A stretch of DNA of 64,000 nucleotides. Source: Moniliella sp. 'wahieum'. Taxonomy: Eukaryota. The notes beneath the pieces were generated by a model, which saw only the letters and a list, made by a program, of their open reading frames with translations, ran no database searches and was not told the DNA's origin. The position numbers and the translations under genes were made by a program. The DNA lies in assembly GCA_003971905.1 (NCBI GenBank), contig RSEE01000066.1, positions 124,001-188,000 of the forward strand. The letters run 5' to 3'. This document shows, piece after piece, positions 40,127-52,611 of the stretch (position 1 is the first letter of the stretch; each line of letters begins with the position of its first letter).

Positions 40127-40720
40127 GTTCGGCTCTGCTGCTTCACCATTCCTTCACTTTCGCCGCATGTCGGTACCTACACCTGCAAGACCCTTCTTAT
40201 TGATTCGGGGGGGCATTGGGGCGATGAACGAGAGAAGGTAGCAGAAGTACCAAGTAGGTGAATTGGCTAGATTGTGATGAACTGGGAACGCGGGGGATGC
40301 ACTCGTTCAATCATACAGTTCGCAAACGAAGCTTGGCTCTTGAGAACCACGTTACCGCTTTCGGAGCCGTCACCTTCGCGCCTTCGGGCCTTGCGATCCA
40401 GGGACCCGGGGAGATTAGGGATGTCCATTCGCCTGTTGCCAGCGCTGAGCCCCTCCTTCTACAGACCCCGTGAGTGTGTGAAGCAAAGAAAGTGTGTCCA
40501 AGTTATTGGCGAACTTAACGTGCCGCTTTCCATGTCGCCTCTAAGAGGATATCGCACGTCACGTCACGTGACGCGATACGGACTATGCAGGGATGGGATG
40601 AGCGGAAACCCGTTTCTCAATTTAAATTTTGGGCGGAATCCCTCCTGGCCAGTCTTTTTTTTCTGGTGCCTGGGTGAGAGCAGGCGGACCACAGCTCCTT
40701 CTCTGCTACTACACGCGAAC

Positions 40721-42598
40721 ATGGCCGAATCCGACCTGGTCCATCCCGTCCCCGCCATGGACGCAGATACTGCAGCACCCCGAAAACGGAGGAGGGTTGA
40801 TACTGATTCTCCGCCTCGCTCGGACGTTGTCTTGGACCAGTCCGAGCCCCAGTCCGAGCCAGCACCCCCTGAGCTGGGAGAGGGGAAGGACATCTCACTT
40901 CCCCAAGACGCACCTGCATTGACCCGGCTTCGTCGTGCTCAGGCGGTAGATCTGCATGATCCACTAAAGCCATTTCTTCTTCGGTCCCAGGGCCTTCCAT
41001 CGGGCTTGCTCAACCTCTCCGTGCCCAGATGAGCCAAGGTGCCCCTCTTGTCTCTGAGGATGGGCACGCACAACTCATTTCGGCCCCGACACGAGCTCGG
41101 CTGGAGAAGATGGGGATTGAGCGTTTGTTTGCAGTACAAGCCAGTGTGGTTCGCATGCTCAAGGACACTAGTACTGGCCTTTACCCTAGCCCGCCCCAAG
41201 AGATCTTCTCGTGGCTAGCCCCACAGGAAGTGGCAAAACGTTGGCCTATGCTATTCCGCTTGTGGACGCCTTGAGCCAACGCATCATTCCTCGTCTAAGG
41301 GCGATCATTGTACTTCCAACTAAGGACTTGGTCGCCCAAGTGGCCCAAGTACTCAGCCAGGTGGCCGGTGATGCACTGAAGATTCAGGTCGCCGGCCATC
41401 AGCAGCGTCGGCATGACAAGTCCAACGTCGAAGAGGCAAATTGGCTCGACGAAACTGATCCTTTCCTCCCCCGTACCTTGTCACGCATTCAAAGTGACAC
41501 TGATATTTTGGTTGGCACCCGCTTCTCGTATTGGAGGCCATTCGAGCCCGTGCCGAAGCAGACCCTTCATGCAGTCCCCTGCAACACCTTCGCTTCCTGA
41601 TCCTTGACGAGGCGGATCGAATTTTGGGCGACTCGGGTGCATCATCCATGCACCACTGGATGACACCCTTGGTTGAAATGCTCGAACCTCCTGCCTTGGA
41701 CGTGGTACCAGACGTCTCTCTTCCCCTGACCGGTTCGATGCCGGCAATGGCACCGGCCTGGTTGGAGCAGGCGCAATGGTCTCTCGCCATTCGAGATGAT
41801 AAGGCTGGGCCCGATGCCAGTGTATCGTCATTTGCTTCCCGTTCTTCTTCTTGCTGCCAAAAGCTGCTCTTCTCCGCCACTTTGACTCGAGACCCAGCTC
41901 GTGTGGCGGCTCTCCGGCTTCGCAACCCCATGTATCTCTCCATCCGCCCTGACGGTGCCGTGGTGGAAGATGAAGACGACAACCCAGATGCGTTTGCGAT
42001 TCCTGATACGTTGCGGGAAGCCTACGTTCCCACAACGGGAGGTGACAAACCTTTGGTGCTTTATTCGTTGCTCACCGGCCTCATCCCTCGGAATGGTCAA
42101 CGTCTCTCCGCAACGCTGTGCTTTACCAAATCCGTCGAGTCGGCAGCTCGACTGGCTCAGTTGTTGCAATTAATCGACGAACAGACGCGGGCGGAACAAC
42201 CATTGCAAGTGGCCCATTTGACTGCCAGCATACCTGCTGCTCAACGCAAAGCGCTTCTTACCTCATTTGAAGCTGGGAAGGTGGACGTGCTGGTTTGCTC
42301 CGACGTGTTGGCGCGTGGATTGGACTTGCCGAACACGAAGCAAGTAGTTTCGTACGATGCACCGGTCGACTTGCGGAAGTATGTTCATCGGATTGGTCGC
42401 ACAGCACGCGCAGGGCGAGAGGGGAAAGCGTACACATTGCTGGAGCCGCAGGAGGTGTACCCATTCCGTCGCATGCGTAGTGCCGCACCCCGATCAACCG
42501 ACGTGGCTCACATTCGCGTCCCCGAGGCCCAAATTGAGCCCGTGCGCGACGCGTACGATGACGCATTGGCTCAATTGGGCGAGCGCTATGGAGCTTGA
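40721..42598 (+). CDS. DBP6: DEAD-box RNA helicase Dbp6/DDX51, frameshifted
   Basis: LFAVQ, SPTGSGKTLAY, PRLRAIIVLPTKDLV, DEAD, QKLLFSATLTRDP, ARGLD, YVHRIGRTARAG. Confidence 0.92.
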
Positions 42599-43356
42599 AG
42601 CTGTAATGGAAGTCTCTGTGTCGCCCTCTGTTTTGTCTTTCGATATCTGTCCTCGTCAGGTCCCAAAACTGTAGTTGCGGAGGGAGATGAGGCCTGAGGC
42701 TGAGGCTGAGGCCTGAGGGAAAATCAAAGAGTTATTGAGCCGATTGGGTTTTGATGACAAAATGTGTTGTGCCTGAAGACAAGCGTTGAGATCATTGAGA
42801 ACGTTGCACGTTGAGGTTTGAGAAGACACTCAGGATGTTCGAATGTGCATGGTACTGATACTAGTAACAAAAGTCATCGTTGTTTGTATTCTTGAGTCTG
42901 CCCCATTGCCTTCATCTTTCGCTTTCTCTATTGCCGACTTCCCCGCTTTCATGTTCCCTTCCTCTTCCCCCTTTTCTCTCCACAAGGAGTTAGTTCTTCT
43001 TCCCGTCCTCACCTCTGTTTTACAAACTCACTGTGGGTAAAACATATCTACTAATACTTGATGCTTACGAAGGCGACGAGGGGGATGCGGTAAGAACGCC
43101 AAGTAGCAGGGACGCAGACTCGATGGCTGTTCTTTCCTTTCTGGTCATGGCCACCATGACGATACGGACCAGGTACTGTGTTATCAATACTGCCAACAAA
43201 ACAAGATGCTTTTAGCACTACACTGTACCAAACTTTCTCAATAATGACGTAGTTGTAGAGATGGATTCTCAGATCCCACTCTCATACTGTAATCATCAAC
43301 CATTTTGACAGAGCTTAAGGCTGGGACGGAGAAACGCTGGGCCTAAACCGACCCGT

Positions 43357-43921
43357 TCATCCGGCGTGTGTGGCTTGTTAGCGCCAACCCTGTTTAAGGA
43401 ACCAGGGGAATCGCCAGGAGATCAGTACCCTCTGGTGCCCGCCACCCGTTCCTATATACCCGAGGAAGAGACATCCGAGCGGTGAACCATCTCCATTGAA
43501 TATTGAGACTCTCTAGTAGTCAATTCCTTCCGGTTCCCAAGCATCTTTTGCCCGCTGTCATGGTGGCGTAGTGTACTCGCGTCGGCAAAACCAAGAGGGA
43601 AACGGTTCTCGTGGGTGCGTCCCTGGTACATGGCGTCCTTGTCGCATTCTGTTTCTTCCAGCGGCCGAAGCAGCCTGTGACATACTATTTCTACCACTCT
43701 CCATCAGCGCTCAGCCACAGTGAACTATTTTCCTAATTGAAGTGCCCGTCACCCACCCCCCAGGGGACTGACGCAAACTCGTATATCCACTCAGGCATCA
43801 TATACCCCCGCGATTTGATGAAAGTGAATGGAGCGCGCCAATAGAGAGGGTCTGACCTGCTGATGGCTTTTCTGGTTTCCTAGTGGTGCCAAGAAGCAGC
43901 ACTCTGGAACACGCCGGATGA
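43357..43921 (+). other. Long imperfect fold-back element (candidate structured ncRNA or decayed MITE)
   Basis: Perfect 13-bp terminal inverted repeat TCATCCGGCGTGT/ACACGCCGGATGA plus four further nested complementary blocks. Confidence 0.5.
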
Positions 43922-44616
43922 TCAGGCCTTCGGTCTCCTCGTAATGCGTAACGTTTCTTATTTGGTACCAGTTACCATATACTACAGCCGCCTTAAAGCT
44001 TAAAGCTTAAGGCGCTTAAGCTCTGAAAATGATATGGTGAGGCCGAGGACAGTAGGTACTAAATGTTGTAGTGACTAATACGAATACGAACTATATTTTG
44101 TAACTACTAGATCAGTCAAGTTAGTCACTAGTCATAGCAACCAATGTGGTGTACATGGCCCCGCGGACTTTTGTATGCAGATGTCGAACTCTTGGCGGCA
44201 GAAACCACAGAGGTATGTGTTACGTCAGTGACAAAAATCAGACCATTGGCTACTTTAATTATCTTTTCCGGCCACTACTAGGTACTAGTCACTATAGGTT
44301 GGTGTACTAGCCCTCCTAACCCTGTGGGTCATACCTTCCTGATGCGTCCTGAAAACTGCTCGGGGTCGTCTGGCATGCTGCATGCACGTTGCACCCAGAT
44401 ATCAAAAGTCTGGGAAAGATAGCACAAGGAAAAAAAGTGTCGCAAAGAATTTAACGGCATTGTGGGGGGCGGTTAATCCATGTCACATGTCAAAGTCCTC
44501 CATAGGACGGCATAGGGTTGCAGACAGAGCATTTGAAATGCGGGCATACTCGATACCCTCTGCTATCAACGCGGGTCACATACGCATGTACTCGTAGAAG
44601 AGCTTCGTGCTTCACA

Positions 44617-44893
44617 GATCATCGATCATCGATAATCGATCATAGTAATTTTCCGTACTGAGTAGCACTACTCACATGTCTCACATGTCACAGTATTAGG
44701 TACTCAGGCGGAGTCTCGCTTGTGTTTCCCCGCACTGCACTCTCCCTCTGTCGGGCATGAACGCATTAATTTGAACGTTCAACGACGTACTTAAAAACGT
44801 TAACGTGTTTAACGTTTAACGATTTACATTTATCGATGATCGATGATCGATGTGCGCGTGATGTAGGGATCATCGATCATCGATCATCGATCA
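44617..44893. repeat. Cluster of heptamer palindrome arrays (ATCGAT-N, ACATGT-N, AACGTT-N) including a 21-bp perfect inverted repeat
   Basis: Arrays at 44617-44643, 44672-44692, 44795-44822, 44832-44852 and 44868-44893. Confidence 0.9.
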
Positions 44894-45866
44894 GACATTC
44901 CATACTGGTTGTGATAGTGGATATTACTCGCCGCAGGTATAGCATGCCAGAGGGCAGCTGCGACATGTGAGCTGTGGCAGGCTGTGGCAGGCTGTGGCTT
45001 CTGTGTGGTCTCTAGAGTAATTAGTAACTGGTAACGCGTAACGGTAAGAGTACGGGCACAAAACATATGTGGTTGTGATCTGGTGCCAGATCCTTAACAG
45101 GGAATGCGGGTACTCACCATACATCACAGGCTGCAGTTCGAGGGCTACCGAGACAGCTTGGTCCAAGCCTCAGGGCCTCAGGCCTCAAGGTGCTGTATGG
45201 GTTGTGGAGAGGTTAGAGTGCTGCTGAATACGCATGCCCCGCGATACCGTCCGAAATTGCGGCGGCTATAGTGCTGTAGTGTGTGCCAATCCAGCCGATT
45301 GAGCTCTTGACCGCGGTGCGGTGACCATCGACTGTCAAAATCCCAGTGAGGCGTAAAGCTTCGCTCCCACATGTCGGTTTGGTGACTGGTGAGAAGACTG
45401 ATCTGATCGGCTCCCCCACAACATACCAGCACCGACATAGCTCTGCCCCAAAGGCAGAATGCAAAAACTCTCTCGCGTCCGGGCCTTCCACAGCACCAAC
45501 GCTATGGGCAGAAGAGGGGAGAATATATGTGACCTGCAAGTCATTTCAAATTTCATTGGGATCAGATTCCTCAAGCGGGCACTGAGGCCCTCTCCGCCGG
45601 TAAGGCGCCGAAATGACAAACACCCGTTTTGTCGCGACGATCATCGATCAGCAGTATTCGTTACTCTTCCCGCAGCCACTCGCAACAGCATAGCGACTGG
45701 ACTTCGAAACTCCTCCCCGGAACCCCCCCTATCGTCTTTTTTTCTTATCGGTGCTTTCACCCTCAATACCACCACCACGCTACCACTACACCGAAAACGA
45801 GCCCCCCGCTCCATCGAGGCGCCTTTTCTCTAGTTTCGACCGTGCTCCGCGCTCATCCTAAGCGTA

Positions 45867-48800
45867 ATGTCCCTCTTATTGCCCTTGGAAGCACCCTCAA
45901 CAGCCACAGCATCCACAACCTCCCTTCCAGCGTCTGGCCTCGCACCTGTACCAGCACACAGCCCCCGCCACGTTAGCAGCGCCCATCCTGCTCTAGGCCA
46001 GCAAGATCATCATCATGTGCATGCAGAGAGTTTAGGCTCACCAGGCCAGTACGTTGTTCTTCCTACCCCCTTTTCTCGGCCTTGTCACTAGGCCGATCCT
46101 AGACGATGTGTTTCCGCTTATGCCCTTTTACTCACCATCTTGCTATCTTTCAGATGGAGTTCGTCCAGCTCGACTCATCATTCGTCACAGACTTCTAAGC
46201 GGTCAACTAATGGAACTAGTATGCTGTCAGATCATAAGAGCTCCATCAATAATAAAACATCCCCACTTCGAGCCCCAAAGGAGCTCTCGAACAACAGCCG
46301 GGCTCTCGACTCTTCATCCAACCCTCCGTTTTCACCCTCTCTCCCACTGTCGCCGCCCGCTAACAACATTACCCACCGCCAACAGCAGTCCTCATCTCTC
46401 TCGGTCCCGGCACCCGACCTGACACCAGAGAATCGGCAGCCCGCTCGTCCTCGTTCTCGTTTCGGGCGGTTATCTTCGTTGCTCCCTCGTCATCCATCCT
46501 CCTCCGCGGAGCAGTACCAAGGGAGCTCCGCGCTCTTCAAACGATTTTCTGCCCAGCCCGTCTGAGCACCCAGCAAATACGTCGAGCGACGACATGAACC
46601 TGTTAGGCCGGGTTCCGCCCCGCTTCCCTCAATCTTTCATGTCCCCCGCTTCAACCCCTATGGCCTCCCCTGACGAAATTGGTGGCCGCTCGTTTTCTCC
46701 TTTTCCTGGACCTGATCGGAAGGCGCGGCGTAGTCGAAATGGTTCGTTTTCAACCATTCACCTTCAGCAGCCACTCCTTGCCAATGAACATGGCTTCTTG
46801 GTACAGCCTCCCGGCATGTCACCACCTGCCAGCACCCTTGCTCATTCCGGTCCATCCCACAAGATGGCTCCTTTCCCCAAACGCCAAAGTCCGGTGCTTT
46901 TTTCATTCCTCCGTCACCTGCCAATGCTCGCATGAGCTCCGACCTTCATCCGGCTATTATTCATCCGGCTGAAGCCCATCACCAGGCTGGTGCATACTAC
47001 GCCACCCCAACCGCCACCAGAACCACTAACCAGGCACGAGTCCCCGTCTCCAACAAGCCCCGCCGCGTCTTTTCAGATCCACCTGTCACTCGCATCCCTC
47101 CCCTTCGGCAAACTCCCACGTTGTTAACGGATGTCGAAGGGCATGAGCGGCAGGACAAACGACTTCGGACCTTGTCTCGGGCGAGCATACGCTCAGTGAC
47201 GGACATGATCATTCGTCCATCGTCCCGGCTCTTGTCAAAGCGACCGCCCCGGCCGGCCAGCCCAGTTTCTCACCAGTTACCTGCCTTCGACGCCAATGCC
47301 TATGGTACCAACACGCACCCTTTCCCGTCAAGCCAACGAGAGGCGGGCTGGACAATGCCCCGCATGAGTAATGCGTTTACTGAGACTCCCGATGCGGAAG
47401 GTTCCTTTTCGCATAACAACCGAACCGGCTCTTCCCGTCCGAGCTTCTCCGTGGCGCTCGTCGAGGGGTAACCAGCCCACTCCCTGCAATGGCCGACTTG
47501 CCTCCTCTTGCACCTATCCCCCGTACCTCACGGTTGCATGCGGATGAGCCGAATACAGAGGTGCCTGCCCGTGGGCCTGGCTGGATCCGTCGTCGCCGCA
47601 TCACTCTGCTACGGGCATTTGAATCGGTTTCTCTTGGTCACGGATCGACCTCTTCCAATGGTCCTTTCTATATGAAGGAAGCAGATTCTGCGGCCTCGAC
47701 ACCCTACGTGGAAGGTATCGATGATGACGGTGTCAGGGCAGCACACAACCCTCGGCCCAGTTTGTCGACCATGGCCTCCGCCCAGCCGAGCAACAAGATG
47801 GCGTCGTCCAGCAACCCAAGGCACAATCGTTCAAGGAGGCGGCGCAGTTGGGGCATTTCCTCGTCCTTTGATATCAGGAGTTCCTCTCCTGTCACAGGTT
47901 CCAAAGGGTTACGCAAAGACGGGCTCGTGATCTCGTCTCCCTTGGTTTCGCAGGCTCCTGTAACGATGTCCTCGTTCGACCCATCCGTGGTCTGCGCCGG
48001 TGTCCCCCCCGCTCATCGTCCCGCCCACGATATGGGCCTGGTTGGGCCTTATGTTAAGCCTCCCGAGTCTCACCAAGCTCCATTTTCTCATCTAAACGGA
48101 TCCAGGACATCCTTCGTTTCGCACAGCCTTCATGAAGCGCCAAGTTTCAGCAGGGACAAAGTGGCGATGATCCCCCCTCGACCCTCCTTTTCCCAGTCGG
48201 TTCATCGAAACACCTACTCGCCCCTATTGCGACCGAGTCAGCTCTTGGTACGGAAGAAGGTGCCAGACGTGGGGTTGTACACGGACGTTTCACCGGAGTC
48301 ACCTCAAGTGCCCCTCAATGCCATGCCGGTCAGCCCAAAGAGGGCCTTGGACGGCTCCGAAGGGCATGCCCAGTCCAGAGAAACTTTCCACATCGTCGAC
48401 GACAAGGAATTTTTGTCAGCCCTTGAGAGGCTCCACACCGATCCCAAGCAGCATACTGCCACTTCGTCACTGTCCAGTGCTTTGCCGGACTTTGAAGCCC
48501 CATCTGTGCGGAGGCGGGCATCCGAAGACCATCCTTCATCCGTCCAAACGCCTTTCTCATTTGGTGTCCATGAGGACCTGAGTGGAGAGTCCCCTTCGCT
48601 CAGACGGTCGAGGAGCTGCGACGGATCCTTGGGGGGCGAGTTCCATTCCGACACGTACCCTCCCCCTACTGTCTCGGGTTCGCCTCCTTTGTCTCAAGAG
48701 CCCGAGAACGAACGCGATGTGGCGAGCAGGCCATCTTCCTGTACTCCGTGGGGCAACTCCCAGTTGAAAACTGTTGCACGCACTTCGGATGGTAAGGGAC

Positions 48801-50023
48801 AAGAAGCGGCAGCCGCCATCAACGACGATGGGTGGAAGAAGGAATAAATCTTTATTTGGTACGCTATTGGACCCATTCCTCTTGTTGCAATGTCCTGCCG
48901 ATTGATTCTAACTGTGTTCTTCTGATCCAGTGATCCGTGAACTGATCCAAACCGAGCGAAGCTACTGCGGAAATTTGGAGGCTCTTTTGGCCGCGGTCAA
49001 TCGGACGGAAGAATTCCAGACATGTGCCCTGGGTAGGAGCAGCCGCAGTGATACGTACAACAGGACCCCGGCCACCGAACTGCCTCCTGCACCCCAATAT
49101 GCTTCCAGCTTGGCGTTGCGGCTACCTCAGCTCATTGCACTTAGCAAGACCTCGTTTCGCAAGTAGAGGACAATCCCACTCCTGCTGGGGTAGGAGCGTC
49201 GTTCCGTGCATTGGCAGACCAGCTGGAAGCTGCGTTTGTTGGATGGAGCTATGCCGTCAATGACATTATGACGGGCTTGCGTGCCACCGAGGCTGGCTCG
49301 CGCGCAAGAGCTGGGGTGGGATCGGCTTGGTGTACGTCGCGTCGATGGATTCGGATGCCGCCTCGTTGAGGCGGGACAAGGTGCAGGAACCCTCGACGCC
49401 CCGTGCGAGTGGGATGGTCTTACCTTCCTTGCCCTCTTCCAGTCTGATGGGTCTGTTGGATCTTCCATCTTTCTTCAACCGCACTTTAACCCCGGGTCCT
49501 GGCATGTCCGTTTCATCTGCCTTTGGCAGGGAGGATGATCAGCTTCCACGGGGGGCTGGATACAATCAGGGTAGTTCTGGCTCTCGCGCCTCCTCCACTC
49601 TCGGCTTCTACCCTCCCCCCACTCGACGGGGGCTGTTAGGTACGGCGGGCGGCGGACGAGCGAGCTCTCATCGAAACTATCGGTCCGTGGGCCCGCGTAC
49701 GGCGCCAACGACCAAGAAGAGTGTGAGCCTCTTTCGGCCCACTGCCCACCCTCCCGTTCGCCGTTCATTCCTCGCATGGACTCTCCCATCGAGCGGTTGC
49801 CGCCGACGTTTCCGTCTGGCTCGGCCCCCAAAGCGTTAAGCCCGCTGGACATTGCCACCATGCCAGCCCAACGCTTGCCCCGCTACCTCCTCCTTCTCCG
49901 AGACCTGCAGCGCAACACATCCCCCAGCAGTCTCTCCTACCTGCGTCTTCAAAAAGCGTTGTTCATTGCCGCCACGTGGCTGACATGTGCGACAGGGCAT
50001 CGCATACTACTTCCACTGCCTGA
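45867..50023 (+). CDS. RhoGEF (Dbl-homology) protein with a long Ser/Pro-rich N-terminus; introns 46049-46153 and 48859-48930
   Basis: VIRELIQTERSYCGNLEAL and DIATMPAQRLPRYLLLLRDL are the DH conserved regions. Upstream ORFs form a frameshifted continuum. Confidence 0.8.
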
Positions 50024-51035
50024 GTCTCAACCTTTTTCTCCTGAGGCTGTTGACTTTCCCTTTTTTGTACTTACTTCTCTCCCATTGATTCAATCTCTCC
50101 CATGCTCAACTTAGAGCTCACACTTGGATCCAAAACCAAGACCAAATAGTTGAAGTAGGATAAATAAAGTCAGGGACTCAGAGCTCTCGCACGGTCCACC
50201 TCGGCCATACGAAAGGGACTTGATCGCGACTACTTGCATATATGAGCGATGGGAACATGCTCCGGTTGGACACAACGGAGCGCATGGATTTGTTTCAACG
50301 TTCAGACAAGCCACTGAGCGGAGTCTGGACGTAGACCTAACCCACAGGTAAGGCGTAAGAGAGACCAGGGGCGAGGATAGGCTCGGTTGGGCTCGGCTAC
50401 CCGCCGTCGTCCACAAGCGCAGAGCAAGGGTCCAGACCTTTCCAAACCTCGGCTGCTGCTTACGCCAGCACTGCAAGGGGGGAGACGCACAATGCAAACG
50501 ACGGTGGAGCGAGTTTGGTTGGCGTATTGCATGTGCTGCTATTTGCGACCAGAATCGAGGAGCTGGATCAGTAAGTACATTACCAAAGTGCGTTGGATCT
50601 TGCAGCAGGACAAAACTGACTGGGGAAAAACTGGCCAGGTGTGTGCAAGCGCCTCGCCGGTCGCCACCTGCGGCCTACATGATGCATGATGTGTCTGTGA
50701 CATGCCGGAATCACACGTCACGCAGGGTGATTGGATCGATGATATGGATTTGTGGGAAGGATCCGACCGAGGACACTGCCGCTGGGCATGCTGGGAGCTA
50801 GGCATGTGCAGCCGTGTGCCGCTGCTCCTTCGGCATCCGCGGAGGATCGATGCCTGATGATCGATGATCGGTGATCCCAGGGATGGATGATGGGTGCTGT
50901 GGGCAGCTGCTGCGGCATGCTGCCGTGCGACCAGCGATGGATGCAATGGTGCAGATCGTTAGGACGTTGGGGGCCAAGGGACTGGGGCACTAGGATATAG
51001 GACTGGGCTGGCAAGCGCAGGCAAGCGCTGGCGTG

Positions 51036-51067
51036 GATGCATGATGCATGATGCATGATGCATGATG
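51036..51067. repeat. (GATGCAT)x4 heptamer array
   Basis: GATGCATGATGCATGATGCATGATGCATGATG. Confidence 0.9.
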
Positions 51068-51694
51068 TGCAGATGGATCGACTTGGGTGGGCTGGGAGCC
51101 AGACAGGGGCAATGCGGGTGCTTACGTGACGCGGGGGTGCGCACGCGCAGCGCTCTGAAGCTGAAGAGCAGCTACGAAGCGCCGGGGCTGCGCATGTGGG
51201 CCGGCGTGCGCAGACAGCACGGGCGCTGGCGGGGGTGGTGTGGCGTCGCGCCTGGCTCTAATAGGTACTCTCTCACGGTATATGCATCGGTGCATCCGGT
51301 GGTCTGCGCCGCTGCCATACATAAGCTGCGTCCGCGCAGCCGCCTCGACAGCATCCGGCCGTGTCGTCATGCATGCACACACCAGTCCGAGCCAAACGCT
51401 ACCACGCTCCGAGGAAGCAGAATCAGAGCCCAGAGACTATAGTTGACCAACTCACTCCTCGCGGGCACCGCTTATTAACCTGGGCAGCTGCAGCGCCTAG
51501 TCGCATCTGACATCTGACAACCGAGACGCCTCACGCGCTTCTACTTGCATCGGCCGCGAGCATCGTTACCCATCCCCAGCCACTCCTCTTCAACTTCAGC
51601 TTCATTGCCCTCCCCCCCCATCCCACCCTCCTATCCACCTACTTGTACCGACTTGTGCCCCTGTTTCGTTCCACCTGCGCCCCACGGACCAAGC

Positions 51695-52611
51695 ATGGCC
51701 GACTCGTTGCCCTCCTACCCTCCCAATCCGCTCGCCTCGCAGCAGCCCACCGCTCCCCCACAGCGTCCACCCCCCGCCCTCGGCGCTCCGCAATCAGTAT
51801 GCCCACGCCCAACAGCGCGGCGCCAGGGCGAGGGCGAGTACGACGAGCCCACTGATGAGAGCGCCGCCGTTACTGCCCACCTGGAGAACTGGGCCGAGGC
51901 AGAGCACAAGCGCCGCAAATCTGTTCGCCAGGCCCGCCGCGCTGAGGCCATCGAGGACGTTACCCACTTTGGACCCATGCGGCGCATGTCCAGTCGCCGC
52001 CGTAAGGAGGAACCCCGTACCGTTGACCAGCCAGGTGGGCCGAGTGATACCTCTTCCAACACACATACTGCTCTTCCAGGTCCGCCTTTGGCTCCTGAAC
52101 AAGAAGCTCTACCTACTGCATACCCTATGAATCCCGTTGGAACGGGGGGGCGGCGGCTTCGACCCTTCCCCCTTCCCCCTTAAGTGGCCGTCCCGAGGCC
52201 TTCACGCCCCCTCCCCCCAGCTCTACGGCGGGAAGTGTGCGAATGGGTCGGCATCGCGAGATGGACATGACGCGCAGGGCACTACGCAACCGCCCTGGCT
52301 CCAACCTTGGTCCCAATGGCGGCTCCCCGGTCCCGACCGAGGGATACAAGGCCCAGCCGACGGCCAAGCGTCCGATCGTCACTGCTGGTCCTGCGCCCGT
52401 ACGGGCCATGTGGGCCAAGGAGGCGGCCATGACCTTCCAACGAGTCCGAGCTCACTCCTCTCGAGGAGGCCACAAGGAGGAACACACGGAAGAGGCTGCC
52501 CAAGATGGCAAGCGCAAGAAGCGCGGCTTTTGGCTCACCGACCTGCTCTGCTGCAATTTTGGCTCGGCTCCGGACGATGAGCAGGCGGCCAAGACAAATC
52601 CCAACGAGTAG
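51695..52611 (+). CDS. Hypothetical protein
   Basis: MADSLPSYPPNP..LENWAEAEHKRRKSVR..KKRGFWLTDLLCCNFG..DEQAAKTNPNE*. Coding-like composition followed by a pyrimidine-rich 3' flank. Confidence 0.65.

Noticed and set aside
42600..42612. GCTGTAATGG resembling the 5' end of fungal SRP RNA
   Set aside because: It directly follows the DBP6 stop codon, and no helix 6/8 motifs follow.
44315..44323. CCTAACCCT as a telomerase RNA template
   Set aside because: A 9-mer match to some permutation of the repeat is expected by chance in 64 kb. It lies outside the fold-back element and I could not identify a pseudoknot.
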